A stretch of DNA of 48,850 nucleotides, filler included, from Dirinaria sp. TL-2023a (lineage: Eukaryota), in assembly GCA_051941275.1 (NCBI GenBank). It is 2 parts of 2 records of this genome, joined end to end, with 100 filler letters (N's around TTAATTAATTAA, not from the genome) between each part and the next. Parts side by side here need not be neighbours in the genome. Positions count along the whole stretch, not along the records: positions 1 to 24,390 come from JAVEBF010000189.1; 1 more part is not named here. One strand, 5' to 3'. The translations under genes were made by a program, and so were the position numbers. Under the pieces are notes generated by a model. The model had not been told where the DNA came from, did no database searches, and saw only the letters and a program-made list of their open reading frames with translations. Positions 1 to 11,532 of this stretch are shown one piece after another (within the stretch, counting starts at the first letter, position 1; the number at the start of each line of letters is the position of its first letter).

Positions 1-604
1 ATGCAATACAATGCAATACAATACGGAAACCAACGGATTTCATGGCTCCCAACTTCTTTTTTTTCCCTAGCAAAAATCGCTCACAATGAAATGTTCTGCT
101 CCCGTCAGTGATACAACATTTTTTCTCAAAAAAAAAAAAACAAAACAAAAAAAAAGACAAACTTAAGTCGTGGAGCGTGGCAAATAACCACCATATCCAT
201 AGTAATAATAGAAGAGCGAATTGAAAAATTTTTTCGATAGAATATATCTGTGATTGTGATTTGACTAGCAAAAAGTAGGACAAAGGAAGAGATTCGGATT
301 TTCTTATATTCACGTAATCATCGATTTGAAAATAGGTAGGGGCTAAATACTAACTAAGGTCATGTACAAATACTAATATTGATTTATTTTAAATCCTAAT
401 GAACATTTTGAAGGGTGGGAAGAGGAAAAAGCGAGAGAGAGGGGTATCCAACAGACTACAAAAATGCAAGTCATTATTGCTCGTTCGTGCCTTGGTTTTT
501 CCCAATAACAATAAGAATAATGGTAAACAGTTAATAATACTACACGAAGTTTAGGACCATCGGGATCGAGGAAGGGTTTCCCATGGTCTTTTTTTTTTTT
601 TCCG

Positions 605-1719
605 TCATATATTCTCGATGATTCGCGCATTCATCGCTTGCTGGAATCCGGCGCCCGAATCGCCCGCTTGCTGCTGCCCGGAACTGCTCCCCTCCCCGGT
701 GTTATTATATGAATCCGCCTCCTTGAGCGCGGCAGTGGACATGGCGCCGTTGGAACCCGGGAGGAAGATGACCTTGGAGTTGGCCGTCTTGGCCATGGCT
801 TGCATGGCTTCCAGGTACCTGATTTGCATCGCCGGAGCCGAGGACAGGATGTCGGCGGCCTGGCGCATGAGTTTCGCGGACTCGACCTCGGCGCGGGCGG
901 CGATGACTTTGGATTCTCCGATCCGCTTGGCTTGCGCGGCCATGGAGAGCGAGTCTTGCAGCTGGTTGTTGAAGATGATGTCCTTTATCAGCATGCTCTC
1001 GACCTGCACGCCCCAGCCTGAAGCGACGTCTTCGATGATCTCGCCGATCGATTGCGCGATCTCCTCGCGGCGCTCGATCACATCTTGCAGCACGCGCGCG
1101 CCGACCACGTGCCGTAGGGTGGTCTGTGTGCGCTCAACAAGCGCTTGGCGGATGTTGGAGATGCCGAAGGCGGCCTTGTGCGGTGAGGTGATGTGGTAGT
1201 AGATGACGGAGGTGAGGTCGACGGTGACGTTGTCCTTGGTCATGCAAATTTGCTTCGGCACCTCGACGATCTGAATCTTGACGTCGACTTGGATGAGCTT
1301 CTCGGACAGCGGATTGATCTTCACAAGACCCGGGTCCACGGCCCTGTAGAATCGGCCGAACTTTGTGACCAGGCCGACGTTGCCTTGGCTCACGGGCTTG
1401 TAAGGATTGGGGCAGACGATACAGCAAGGGATAGCGCCACAGAATCCGATCCAGCTACCGAGTGTGTTGACTATAGACATGTTACAATGTTTCGGTTCAG
1501 AATCCGAATGCTGCGCGAAGACTTACTCATTGACCCATACCAGCCGTGGGTACCTGCATCCTCGCCGTGAAGCGTTTGAGCGTATGCTGGTTGGAGATCT
1601 TCACGACGAGGGGGCTGGACGTTGATGATGCCGCCGTTGTTGCCTCCCGCAGTTCCATTACGATAACCACTGCTGCCACTGCTTGGTGCTTTGCCGTTGT
1701 CCTTGGTGTGACTGTCCAT
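605..1719 (-). CDS. SPFH/band 7 (stomatin-like) membrane protein, 2 exons (1719-1527, 1470-605)
   Basis: Intron 1526-1471 (GTAAGT...TAG) joins MDSHTK...GWYGSM to INTLGSWIG in frame. Cys-rich membrane-proximal segment (FCGAIPCCIVCPNPY), SPFH motifs TKDNVTV and QTTLRHVVG, and C-terminal AMQIRYLEAM. Confidence 0.93.
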
Positions 1720-1899
1720 GGCGAAAGGTTCAATGGTAGTGTCAAAATGCGGTGATAGAAGACTGTGCGTGGAAGACAGCTTGGGGGATGGGGATGAAGG
1801 AAGAAGAATGGAGGAATGCAGCTGTCAAATAGTCGATGTTGCAGATGGCAAATGATAAGTAGCGTGGGTGGCGTTCTACTGCCGTTATAAGCAAATAGT

Positions 1900-1964
1900 G
1901 TGGTGGTAGTGGTAGTGGTAGTGGTGGTGTGGACTGTGGATGAAAGACTGTGGATGAAAGACTG
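1900..1964. repeat. (GTGGTA)n microsatellite followed by a 14-bp tandem duplication (GACTGTGGATGAAA x2)
   Basis: Directly visible upstream of the stomatin gene. Confidence 0.7.
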
Positions 1965-2502
1965 AGTCTGACGTGCTTGACTTTCTTCTCCAGCACTACC
2001 TTGGTTAGTATTAAATAGATGATGATAATCCCCTCGTCCCGCCGTATTATTCCCCGCAGTCGCTCTTGCCTGTTCTTGGCAAGGCTCACAACGTGGATCA
2101 TGCGACATGCAAAAGGAATCTTCGGGGGCACTGCTGGCGAGGCTCAGTACTACCTAAGTAGCGTTCTTGAACTTCTTGGGCTTGGGCCTGCGGGAATTTG
2201 GGGGCGTGCAGTTTCGCAGTAGACTACATGTAGGTAGTAGTCCCTGATGTCCCACCACTTGAGACGCTTAGAGCAAAGTACTCGTACCTACCTTACTCCG
2301 TGCTTACGTTGCCGAGCTTCCTCCTTAGCCGTTGGTGCCGGTGGACCGTGGATGGCTTGGTCGGGTTGATCTTTGGGTCATGCAGATCGTGGAAGCTTGG
2401 CCTACACAACCCGAGAGCCCGAGTACGAGTATGTACTCGTATCTTAAGGTATCCTCATATCTCATCCCTCCGAGTAGAGATAACCGACGAGTTGGAGATC
2501 CC

Positions 2503-2563
2503 CGCCCATGCCCATGCCAATAATGCCAATGCCAATAATGCCAATGCCAAATGCCAATGCCAA
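2503..2563. repeat. Imperfect hexamer microsatellite (ATGCCA/ATGCCC)n
   Basis: cccatgcccatgccaataatgccaatgccaataatgccaatgccaaatgccaatgccaat. Confidence 0.8.
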
Positions 2564-3235
2564 TTACATGTCAGCATCTTGGTCCGATTGTCTATTCCGT
2601 GAAGAGAAGAGAATCCGCCCCAAGCACAGCACCCGACGATTGAGCAATAACAACAAGCTCCATGTCTCTAGTTCCTGTTCGAAACCATCGAAATAATGCC
2701 TCACCTCTCCCTATGGTTTGAAATTTCGCGCGACTGTCCTGACGCTACGAAGCTGCGACGTCCGCCAGACGGTCACGTGGCATCAACACGGGATGATACT
2801 GCCTGATTGCCGTACATGTGAGGTGTGGATGGCACTTCAGCCCTAGCCAAAGTCCCGCAAGAATTGCACTGCCTCCTTTCAACTGCGGAAAAACAATTCC
2901 TTTGAATAATGTCGGTCAACAGCAGCTCAGGCTGTCTCTGGATACGCAGCAAATCCTATGTCTGACCGTGCACTGCAATTTTCTTCAAACCGTCTGCGCG
3001 ATTTGTCTTGCCCAGGACCCGGGCCTAATCTGATCTGGTGGGCATTTTGCACTGGTAAATACGACAATATAGCAACTACACTTCATCAAGCATTGGGGAG
3101 CTTGCGGAGTTGTTGTGTTTAAATGTGCTGTGTAACTGCTGCGTCCTTTCAGATCTTGCTGGTCTCACAATCCATTTCCCAAATGCTTAAAGGATCCCAA
3201 CTGTTCAGCCTTTCCCTCGAGAAGTTTGGTATGGA

Positions 3236-4258
3236 TTATTGATTGCAGAAGTTCGTTCCTCCGAGGAATACAACCTGCACGGCGGCGAACCTAGAGTGCA
3301 ATCGAGATCAGTGCGTGAACGGTTGATAGGTCAAGATAAGGTTGAGTTTACGCTGTGGTTGCCGCAAACACATCGATCCGCCTTGCCTTAGCCACCGTCA
3401 CCAGAGTGAGCGAGAACAGAGCTGTGAAGAGCATGGTCGCCGCAAGTCTCGCTACTGGCTTCTTGACGAAGTACAAGACCAAGATCGACGTGGTGGGCAG
3501 CAAGGAGGAGAGAAATGTGCTGACGGCATTCGCGAGCCGCACAATAGTCTCCTCGTTATACTGCCACACACCGTTCCAATGAGCACCAGAGCCACTTCGG
3601 TATTTCTTGGCACACTCTTAGCAGTATGCCGAATTCGTGTCCGAAGGATCATACTTTTGAACGATGACCCCAGCGATCGTGATACCAAGGGACCAATCTG
3701 TTGCTAATCCACCAGCTCAGGCAGTCTTTCCCCCCTTCCTGATGAGATAGAGCAACGAGGTCTTCTTTACAATCCCATATCTCCGCTTCTCTTCCACGCA
3801 AAAAGAAGTCACCGCCTTCCTTTCGATCTAACCATTCTCTGAGCACCTCTGTGTTCCTATCGCTGGGCTTTTCAAGCCGTCCAATGGAAGCATGCCGTAA
3901 AAGTGCATCATCTACGAGTACATCTTGTTTAGTACTTCTGTAGTTAAGCCAAAAACGAGGTGGACCACAAACTATACTCCTTTAACTTCTCCCGGATTTC
4001 CAGGGATTTGCGCCATTGGAGATCATTCTCCGTGCCACTCGACTCCTTTAAATCGAAGAGAGACACTTGGAATGCCACCTTTTCAACGTCTTCAGAGTGG
4101 CCATTTTCCAGCTCAATGTTGGCCAATTCTGCCTCAAGATGGATCAATTCTGATTGCATGTATAGGAGTACTTTTGTATTCAAGTCTGCAAATTCTCTGA
4201 AAATTGATAGCTCCTTGTGTTTACACATCAGTGCGCTAAGTCTGGAGTAATTAGCCAT
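3236..4258 (-). CDS. DUF6594-like protein with C-terminal transmembrane helices, 4 exons (4258-3973, 3911-3655, 3605-3352, 3290-3236)
   Basis: N-terminus YSRLSALM...SIFREFADLNTKVLLYMQSELIHLE resembles the GYPxLAxFM...IFRRFxxLNxRxLLYxQAEL signature. C-terminal hydrophobic helices end in RRIDVFAATTAFAAVQVVFLG. Three GT-AG introns splice in frame. Confidence 0.8.
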
Positions 4259-5270
4259 TTAAATCATAGAGGCGGACAAATCCAAGGTTGGCAAGCATCA
4301 GTGTTCAAAAAACCTCGAGATGCTCGAAATTCGCAATGTAATCCAGCTTTTGTGGAGAATATGCATTTATCAATATGGATTAATCCACCACATTGCCCAA
4401 GGCTGGTAGCAAGGCGAAGTTGTGAGGCGAAGGTACGTGTACGCTGCATATCTGATGCAGAGTTGGGAGGGGGCCCGGGGGGGCTCTAACATGGCTAAAT
4501 TAGACCAGAATGCCATTGGTCATGGTAGATGCTTCAGTGGTAGCATAACGGGTCCCATGTAAGCTTCACTCGCTCGACAACATCTCCAGATCGTAAGGCA
4601 GAAATTGGAGAGTACTTATATGTGATACGACCCTCCTGCGCGATCATAATCGACCGACCATGCTTCATGCTTCCATGGTACTTGCAATTGTAGTAGTCTT
4701 ATAAGGAAGTGGTGGCAGCTCGGTTCGGAGTTCGGCGACACAGCCTAAGTGACTGGCATACCTCAACCTGGAGGGGGCCAGCCACAGGCACTGATTAGCT
4801 AGGACCAGTGGGGCGCGGATAACCCAATTGTTCCATGCGGATTTCATCATCAGGCACCATCGGGCCTCCAGTTAAACGCTTGGTCCTATTGATGTACTCA
4901 GCCGTCATACTTTGATATATGCTCTGGTTCCTCGAGTAAAATTGATTCACGGATATCCCAAGATTCTTGCCAGACCCAGTCTTCTCTTCTTCTCTCTTCT
5001 GTAATACTGTTTACTTTTACAGTCGTTTCGTTTCTTGCACAGCTACTGCATAGAATTCCGCTCGTCTTAGAAAGCGTCAAGACATCGCAGATAGCAGGTA
5101 CCGCGGACACCGTGGGCTACGAACCTCGTATGAAATTCTTGAGTGCCTACGCTAAGTTCGCTTTATTACCTTTAAGCTCCGCTTTCGATCATCAACTCTA
5201 TCGGGCCTGCTTCTGCCAATCTGCGTCTGCTCGCCAGCGTCTGCCCCACAGCTTCTAGCCCATGCCCTGA

Positions 5271-6254
5271 ATGGGCGGCACAACTCAGAACGCGAGGAGC
5301 GACCAAAACCAGTACACATCACCGAGTCGGGAACAAAAGACCCAGGAACCTTCGACAGCCTCATCTAAAACTTCTTTCTTGGAGCCCGACTATCCAGTAG
5401 AAGTCCAGACCAACGATAGAGAACAAGAAGGAATCAAAGGAAGGAGGAACAGAGCAGCAGAGTACTTACAGAGATCGAAAAGGGCTGTAAGGCGGCCAAA
5501 GGAGTGGACAAAGAACATCTTCAAGGAGCTAACCTGCAAGGTAATCTCAAGCTGTTAATCGCTTGCCTGGATTGCCACTGACCGTCCATAGGTGATACGC
5601 TCCAGTCCAGAACCCAAAGAAAGCGCTCTTCTCATGAAACTCGAACGGGAACATTCCCAATCCCTAGGAACTCAAGAAAATTTGGCCGGAGAGTCGGTCA
5701 CGATGGAGCAAGCAACGCTTGACCAGTCTATCATGAGATCTGTGCTAGTCGAACAGCCCTTAATCGATGGGAATACGGAAGCTGTAACCATGGACATCGA
5801 AGCAGTCGACGGAAAAGAGTCGAGTCGATCAGATGAGACGGCAGAGGGTCGACGTGAAGCGATTGCATCAGGAAGAAAACCTAAATTGGAGACTTATTTC
5901 TATATTATGTTCCACAAGCAACCCAGTGGCGCCGATCAATATGTCGCAAAGCTCGATACGGCATCGGAGGTCAATGTGATCAGTGAGGACGTCGTTGATC
6001 ACCTCCAAGTCGAGCTGAAATCCTACAAAGGCGCCAGAATCTGTCCACTTGGAGAAAAATCAATACAGCCCAAAGGAGAAGTGACTCTCCGATGGCACGT
6101 CAAGGACAAAACCAAAACATACACAGACACATTCGCTGTGCTAGACAAAAGTCTTTCGACCGAGTTCGATGTTCTGCTGTGCGACAAGACAATCGATGAT
6201 GTAGGCTTCTTTATCAAAAATCACGACGTGTGGTTTTGTAAGAATGCGTCTTAG
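5271..6254 (+). CDS. Protein with C-terminal retropepsin-like (retroviral-type aspartic protease fold) domain, 2 exons (5271-5540, 5592-6254)
   Basis: Phase-0 intron 5541-5591 (GTAATC...ACTGAC...TAG). Motif AKLDTASEVNVIS resembles LDTG(S/A)xxNxIS, followed by GEVTLRW and FDVLLCD (cf. DVLLG). N-terminal half is low complexity and the start codon is uncertain. Confidence 0.7.
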
Positions 6255-8777
6255 TGTAATTTTACAAGATTCTTCGTAAGTATTGCAACTTCTCCACTGC
6301 GCCATATACCAGAGGCATCGGACTGAGCTGAGAACAGATGAGCATTACTTTGGATTGGCCGCGAAAGTAAAACATGCACCATTATTCCATATCACGAGCG
6401 TCGGCTTTCAGTGGCGTTTTCTCATGAATTTCTAGCTTGCGCCAGGGTGGAAGGTTGTCGGGTTTCTTATTATCAAGTTTGTTCTCTCTCTTTTTTTTTT
6501 TTTTTTTTTGTTTGAGCTCATATTTCGACTGAATGGACGGAATCTTGTTATCCAAGCGCGGCGTGGATTGGACGGCTGCTTGTTTGAGGTACCTTGGGCT
6601 TGGAAGCTAGAAGTAGAATTTAGAGTGATACCTTACCCTTGAGTGAGTGTAGAGCCTAGAGCAAGGACACATAGATACATAAGGCAGTTGAGTTTAATTG
6701 CAGCATATATGCACAATAGTAGTATGACACTTAAATTTTAAAGTATTCCCCATTGCATAGGTAACCAGGATCCGCATTGCTTGGCATATAAGAATGTCCA
6801 CTGGCGTTGACATGCAAAGCCGATGATGGGTGTTCCAGTCTACAGTACATATTTTTATGACGGTTGGGGATTATTGCTGAAATTTCATCAAATTTCCACA
6901 ATTTTTAATGATGCTGTAGATGATCAAAGCTTGTGCGACTTCGGACTTTGTGATTTGTCAAGGAAGTCTCCGTTTACCCTCGTCTGCCTTTCCAATCTTC
7001 ACAAAATGGAAGAAAGTGCCGGTGTCGAGCATATACATCCTATTTCGTCATTGGTATTCTTAAACAAGGCCGAAAGGCCTGAATCATGCTCGCTTTAAAG
7101 GTAACTGTACGAGAGGTTGAGGCTTGCAAGAGGTTTTGTGCACCAAGCATTAGGGGTAGTCAGACTCGATGTTCAGATTCCGAGCTCCAGTATCTTAAGA
7201 CCCAGGGGGTGCGCCGGTTACCCAGATTAGGTTTAGGTGAGTCCTTCGGAGCAACTGGAGTCTCGGGCCTGGGGATGACTAAGGCATGGAACTTCTTCTT
7301 GATTTCCATCGGCTAACGCCCCCTCGGCCTTGTTTATCCGAGCGCATTGTCACGGGGTGGGCATGTTTGCTCCTTATCTTAGGTATGTGGTCGTCTTACT
7401 GCTATGTACCATTAGACAGACCACCACTGCCTACTCTTTGAGTTCCATGCTTCTATCTTATAGTTCAATATGTCGTTCGTGACCCGGGTTCGCTCTTAGC
7501 GCAGATGGAACGGCACTTCCTCAGGTTCAGCAGTGCGTCGCTGCTCTTTTGTGTGTTTGGCTATGAATCCCTTCAATGAAAGGCCAATCAAAGAGATAAG
7601 CCTTCCAGAAATCAAAAGAAAAACAAGAGAACCAAAAGGGTCAGAGCTGCGACGAAGAAAGAGTTTGCGGCATTTATCAATCGGAATTGATGAATACTAG
7701 AAGCACAATGAGCCAACCACTGAGCCTGAGTAGATCAGGCACTTTCGGAAACCCTGCATCGAGCAGGCCGTTCTCCAAATTTCCCATGTATACAGGCATG
7801 TCAAGCCAACAAAAGACGACAGTATTTCTAAATACGGTCAGCTGCGGCATTGGAAAAAACCTGCGTCGAGCAGGCAATTCGACATGTCCATGGTCCTCTA
7901 CGGCGTTGATCTATCAGTCAAAGAGAAGAATGATTTGCGGATTCAATGAGGCCACGAAGTCGGGAGTACATGGGGGAGACTACCTAAGAGCGTGTTATAT
8001 TGAACAGGGGTCAATATCGGATACTGCAGCGACGATGACAGGCGCCTCTCGAGGGGATATGTTGAAAAGCTCCCTCATCATACCCTCGGCTGTTTTGAAG
8101 GAGAGGCATGTTGCAAGTAATTTGCGGACATGTTATACGGTTTTGGCGTCTTTGTATCTAGAGCTCTGCGCATCTGTAGCAACTTCGTCACTAGTGCAAG
8201 CATGTTTTCCAATAAAGCCTCATTTGGAAGAATTCAGGCCTTAGATTAATCCACGTCAAGGCTGACGTGGCTCGCTCAAGAGAATCTTGGAATGTCGCAA
8301 AGTTGCGGTCAGCGACATTTCCACCCTTTGAGAATGATCAGGTATATTTGCCGATCTTCACAAGGCTGTTGCCATGAAGCGTTTGGTGTAGCCTCACGAG
8401 ATCTGCAGCTCCCCCGCAGTAAGCAGCACAGTCCATTATTGTCCAAAGATCATCACTGATGCTCCGTGCCTTCTTGCCTGGATTGTAGTGATCGGCAATG
8501 CCACATCACCACAGTCTGCGAGAATCGTCCATTGGATACACGTCGCTTCAACCACACTCTACCAGGGCGTCAGAATTCTGCAACTGTTCATTGAGGCTCT
8601 GCTGCACCCATGAGCTCATAAGCAACGGACGATCCCGGTCACGGCTCAAGCTAGCAACCCCTTTTAGCCCAAAGGTTCTTTTTGCCCAACTTCAGTCTGG
8701 CTGTCTACTACTCGCGCCTCTTGCGCATATTCTGGCTTCGCCGGGAGACGGTGGCCGAAAACCCGGTGCTGACACCT

Positions 8778-9340
8778 ATGGCGTCCAGCATTGATCTCAG
8801 CATCTACGCCGATACCTCAGAGATCGTCGATCTAGATAATGTACCTGTCGATCAGACTCTGTCAGACTGCATTGTCTCCAAGGCTCTAGTAGATCACCTG
8901 CGCCCAGATGGTCAATACAACCCAATCCAGCCAGTGACCATCAGGGATAGCGATAACAGACTTCATTCTGTCATTGGTAATGTGGACCTCAAATGGCGCA
9001 AAAAAGACACCTACAAGACTCGGCATCAGAAGTTTTCTGTCGTGAATTCGTCGGCAGAATTTGTCAGAATGGACAAGAATGCTCTTCCAAAGGCCAAAGA
9101 AGCTGATATTATTGACACTTTGGGACTACAGAAGCAAACAGACGGTAGGACCTTCTGGGAGATATCCGAGTGCCTCAAGTCTAAAGTAGCGTACTGAAGC
9201 TGACACGGTCCCTACTTCCAGAGCAGAAACTTCAGCAAGAGAAGAAGAGGCAGGAAGAGCAAGCCAAGCGGGCTAAGGAGAAAGAAGAGCAAGCGGAAAA
9301 AGAGAAAAAGAAGCAGACATCCAACAATACCAGAAAGTGA
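8778..9340 (+). CDS. Degenerate retropepsin-like protein with charged coiled-coil tail, 2 exons (8778-9144, 9222-9340)
   Basis: Intron 9145-9221 (GTAGGA...GCTGAC...CAG). VDQTLSDCIVSKALVDHL and GNVDLKWRKKDTYKTRHQKFSVV align by eye with LDTASEVNVISEDVVDHL and GEVTLRWHVKDKTKTYTDTFAVL of the upstream gene. Exon 2 encodes EQKLQQEKKRQEEQAKRAKEKEEQAEKEKK. Confidence 0.68.
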
Positions 9341-10044
9341 ACCTGCGATTTTTTTTAGGAGTCTGTAGCTTGAATTGCCATTTTCGTTACCGCTCTCCAT
9401 GCTGATGCGATCTGTTGGACGTGGTTCACCTTATGCGGTGGCTTTTCACTTGTTCGCTGCAGCACGGTCTTTTGTCAAGTGCTCTTACAGCAGGAGCCTT
9501 TACTTACCATCTCTATGGGTGCCACCCAGAGTTTTTGTTCGGAAAGACTATTCGTTAACTGGTAAGAGGGTCATAGCTTGGTGCTTGGGGGCACTCAACC
9601 CTTTGATTGGATGCCACTGTTAGTAATTTAATGATACTTGGAAACAGCAGGTGGGATTATTAACGCTGGGTTTACGGCCGCTTACAGAATCACTTACTGG
9701 TCTGAGTAAGACACCGCTTTCCCCGCTCGATATTTTCCATTAGTGAGCCAAAATTTCGGCTTAGTAGAGGAGAGTGTACACCATGGAGTGCGTATACGGC
9801 TTAAATAGGCCTTGTGTACCTTCAGTGAAGTCAAGCCCAACAAATAAAGAAAAACTCAGAGAGAAAAGCACACCGTCAAGGTGTGGCAAAGCTGTCGAGT
9901 AATCTCCGTCGGCTATACCTTAGATAGCATAACAGTACCTACGGAGTTGAGGCTCATCAAAACGTCATAAGCCTACACGTTCCCTAGCCGGAGGACAATT
10001 CTTTTTCGTACTTGATAAACGGCGTGATTTCCTTCCCTTGCATC

Positions 10045-11532
10045 TCAAGCAATGGTAGGTGAGACTGCACTTCTACTGGATATGGATTTTCCTGAACCTC
10101 CGACTCCACTGGCTAATAGCTCTAGACGACTTGCTAATTCTCGATGCTTCTTCATTACTTCCACCCACTCCATATCAGTATCGAGATCTGTCCCGGAGGC
10201 GTCTTCGTCGTTCGAATCCTGGTTCTCTTCATCTACGAGGGAGGCAATGATGAGGCTGAAATCTCCCCCAAGCCGTCCCAAGCTTCCTGCACAGTACAGG
10301 ACCTGCGTAAGCAGGCTCTCTCTCGAAGACTTATCCCGCACATTGGGCAGGTACTGTTTCAACGTGGTGGTCAGCAGGTCTACTAGGTGTAGCGGAAAAG
10401 TCGATAATGCCGAGGGAAGAGGTAGCAACGGGTCATCCTGCGCAGCTGTCTCAGAGTCTTCGGTTGACGCTATGCTCTTCAAGCCGAGCGACTTGAACCT
10501 CGGGCCCAGATCTTCGGTAGCCGTATCCGGCGTAGATGGGAAAATGCTCCTATACATGGAGATTATGGCAAATGACTGCTCACGAAATATCTCCACATAT
10601 CGCTTTAAATAGCGTTCGGTCTGCTGTCCTCCTGACCATGAATTGCTCGCCTTTATACCAGCACTTCTCCCACGTTGCCGGATGACCGTCTCTTGATCTG
10701 CAAGATCTTGAAGCGGTTCGAGAGCGGACAACATAGATACGAGAGTGGATAGGCGGCAGACCAGGAATAGAGCCCCAAGCGCTCCTTCCCTGTTCGACCC
10801 ACTCGCCTGCTGAGCATCCAGGTCGGGCGCCACCCTTCTCAGCCAGCCAATGGTTCTCATTGAAGCAGCCAATTTCACATTCTGAGAACGCAGACTTGCG
10901 ATTAAGCTTGATGTCATCTCCTGCATAGCTTCTTCTGTCTGCCTGCATACTGAATTGACGAGGTCCGAGTCTGGGTACAACAGATGTAGTCTCTTAATGT
11001 GAGAGTATAAGTCCAAAGCCGATGCATAATTGGTCGTAGCGGATGCTCCTTGGGCAGTAGACGTAGCGATGGCGGAGCTGAGCAAAGTAGGCAAATCCAG
11101 GATGTCGGACAGACGGTCGACATTCCGGGCCATCAGCAGCGCTTTGTTCCGCCGATCCAGGACCTCGTTCTCCGCGCCTCTGCTGTACTTTGAAGAAAAC
11201 GCCACTGCTCGCTCGTCCAGCTTTGGAATGCCATCCTGCAACACACCAACCTCTGTCGCGAGCTGAGGCAGGGTCGTTGTGAAGCTGGATAGGTGGTCTG
11301 AAGATGCTACGATGGCGGCATTCGATCGAGCCGACAATGCTTGCAGCGAAAGGAGGGTAGAGTGAGAGGCCTGCGCGAGCGATTCAGGCTCCGTGGAGGT
11401 CAGGGCGCTCAATGGCAGCGTCGAAATGCGGTTCAGATATTTGGCAGTAACGGGATCTTGACTGCTCGGGGTCGGCCTTGGGGTCGGAGAGTCGAAGTAG
11501 GGCACCAGGAGCTCATATAATGGGTCCGCCAT
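10045..11532 (-). CDS. COG8: Conserved oligomeric Golgi complex subunit 8 (Dor1 family)
   Basis: Intronless 495-aa ORF with Dor1 motifs DILDLPTLL, NYASALDL, RTIGWLRR, RYLKRYVEIFREQSF and LLTQVLYCAGSLGRLGGDF. Confidence 0.92.
   Translation of the reverse strand: MADPLYELLVPYFDSPTPRPTPSSQDPVTAKYLNRISTLPLSALTSTEPESLAQASHSTLLSLQALSARSNAAIVASSDHLSSFTTTLPQLATEVGVLQDGIPKLDERAVAFSSKYSRGAENEVLDRRNKALLMARNVDRLSDILDLPTLLSSAIATSTAQGASATTNYASALDLYSHIKRLHLLYPDSDLVNSVCRQTEEAMQEMTSSLIASLRSQNVKLAASMRTIGWLRRVAPDLDAQQASGSNREGALGALFLVCRLSTLVSMLSALEPLQDLADQETVIRQRGRSAGIKASNSWSGGQQTERYLKRYVEIFREQSFAIISMYRSIFPSTPDTATEDLGPRFKSLGLKSIASTEDSETAAQDDPLLPLPSALSTFPLHLVDLLTTTLKQYLPNVRDKSSRESLLTQVLYCAGSLGRLGGDFSLIIASLVDEENQDSNDEDASGTDLDTDMEWVEVMKKHRELASRLELLASGVGGSGKSISSRSAVSPTIA

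Noticed and set aside
588..601. Poly(A) tract just after the stomatin stop, suggesting a retrocopy
   Set aside because: The gene retains an intron and the flanking region has many homopolymer runs.
618..1199. 193-aa plus-strand ORF, and similar long shadow ORFs over COG8, MFS, laccase and GLT1
   Set aside because: Antisense or off-frame shadows of real genes, with no independent motifs.
5592..6254. LTR retrotransposon protease
   Set aside because: No gag, RT, RNase H, integrase or LTRs recognised nearby, and the gene has a spliceosomal intron.
7687..8244. 185-aa plus-strand ORF
   Set aside because: No recognisable motifs or splice support.
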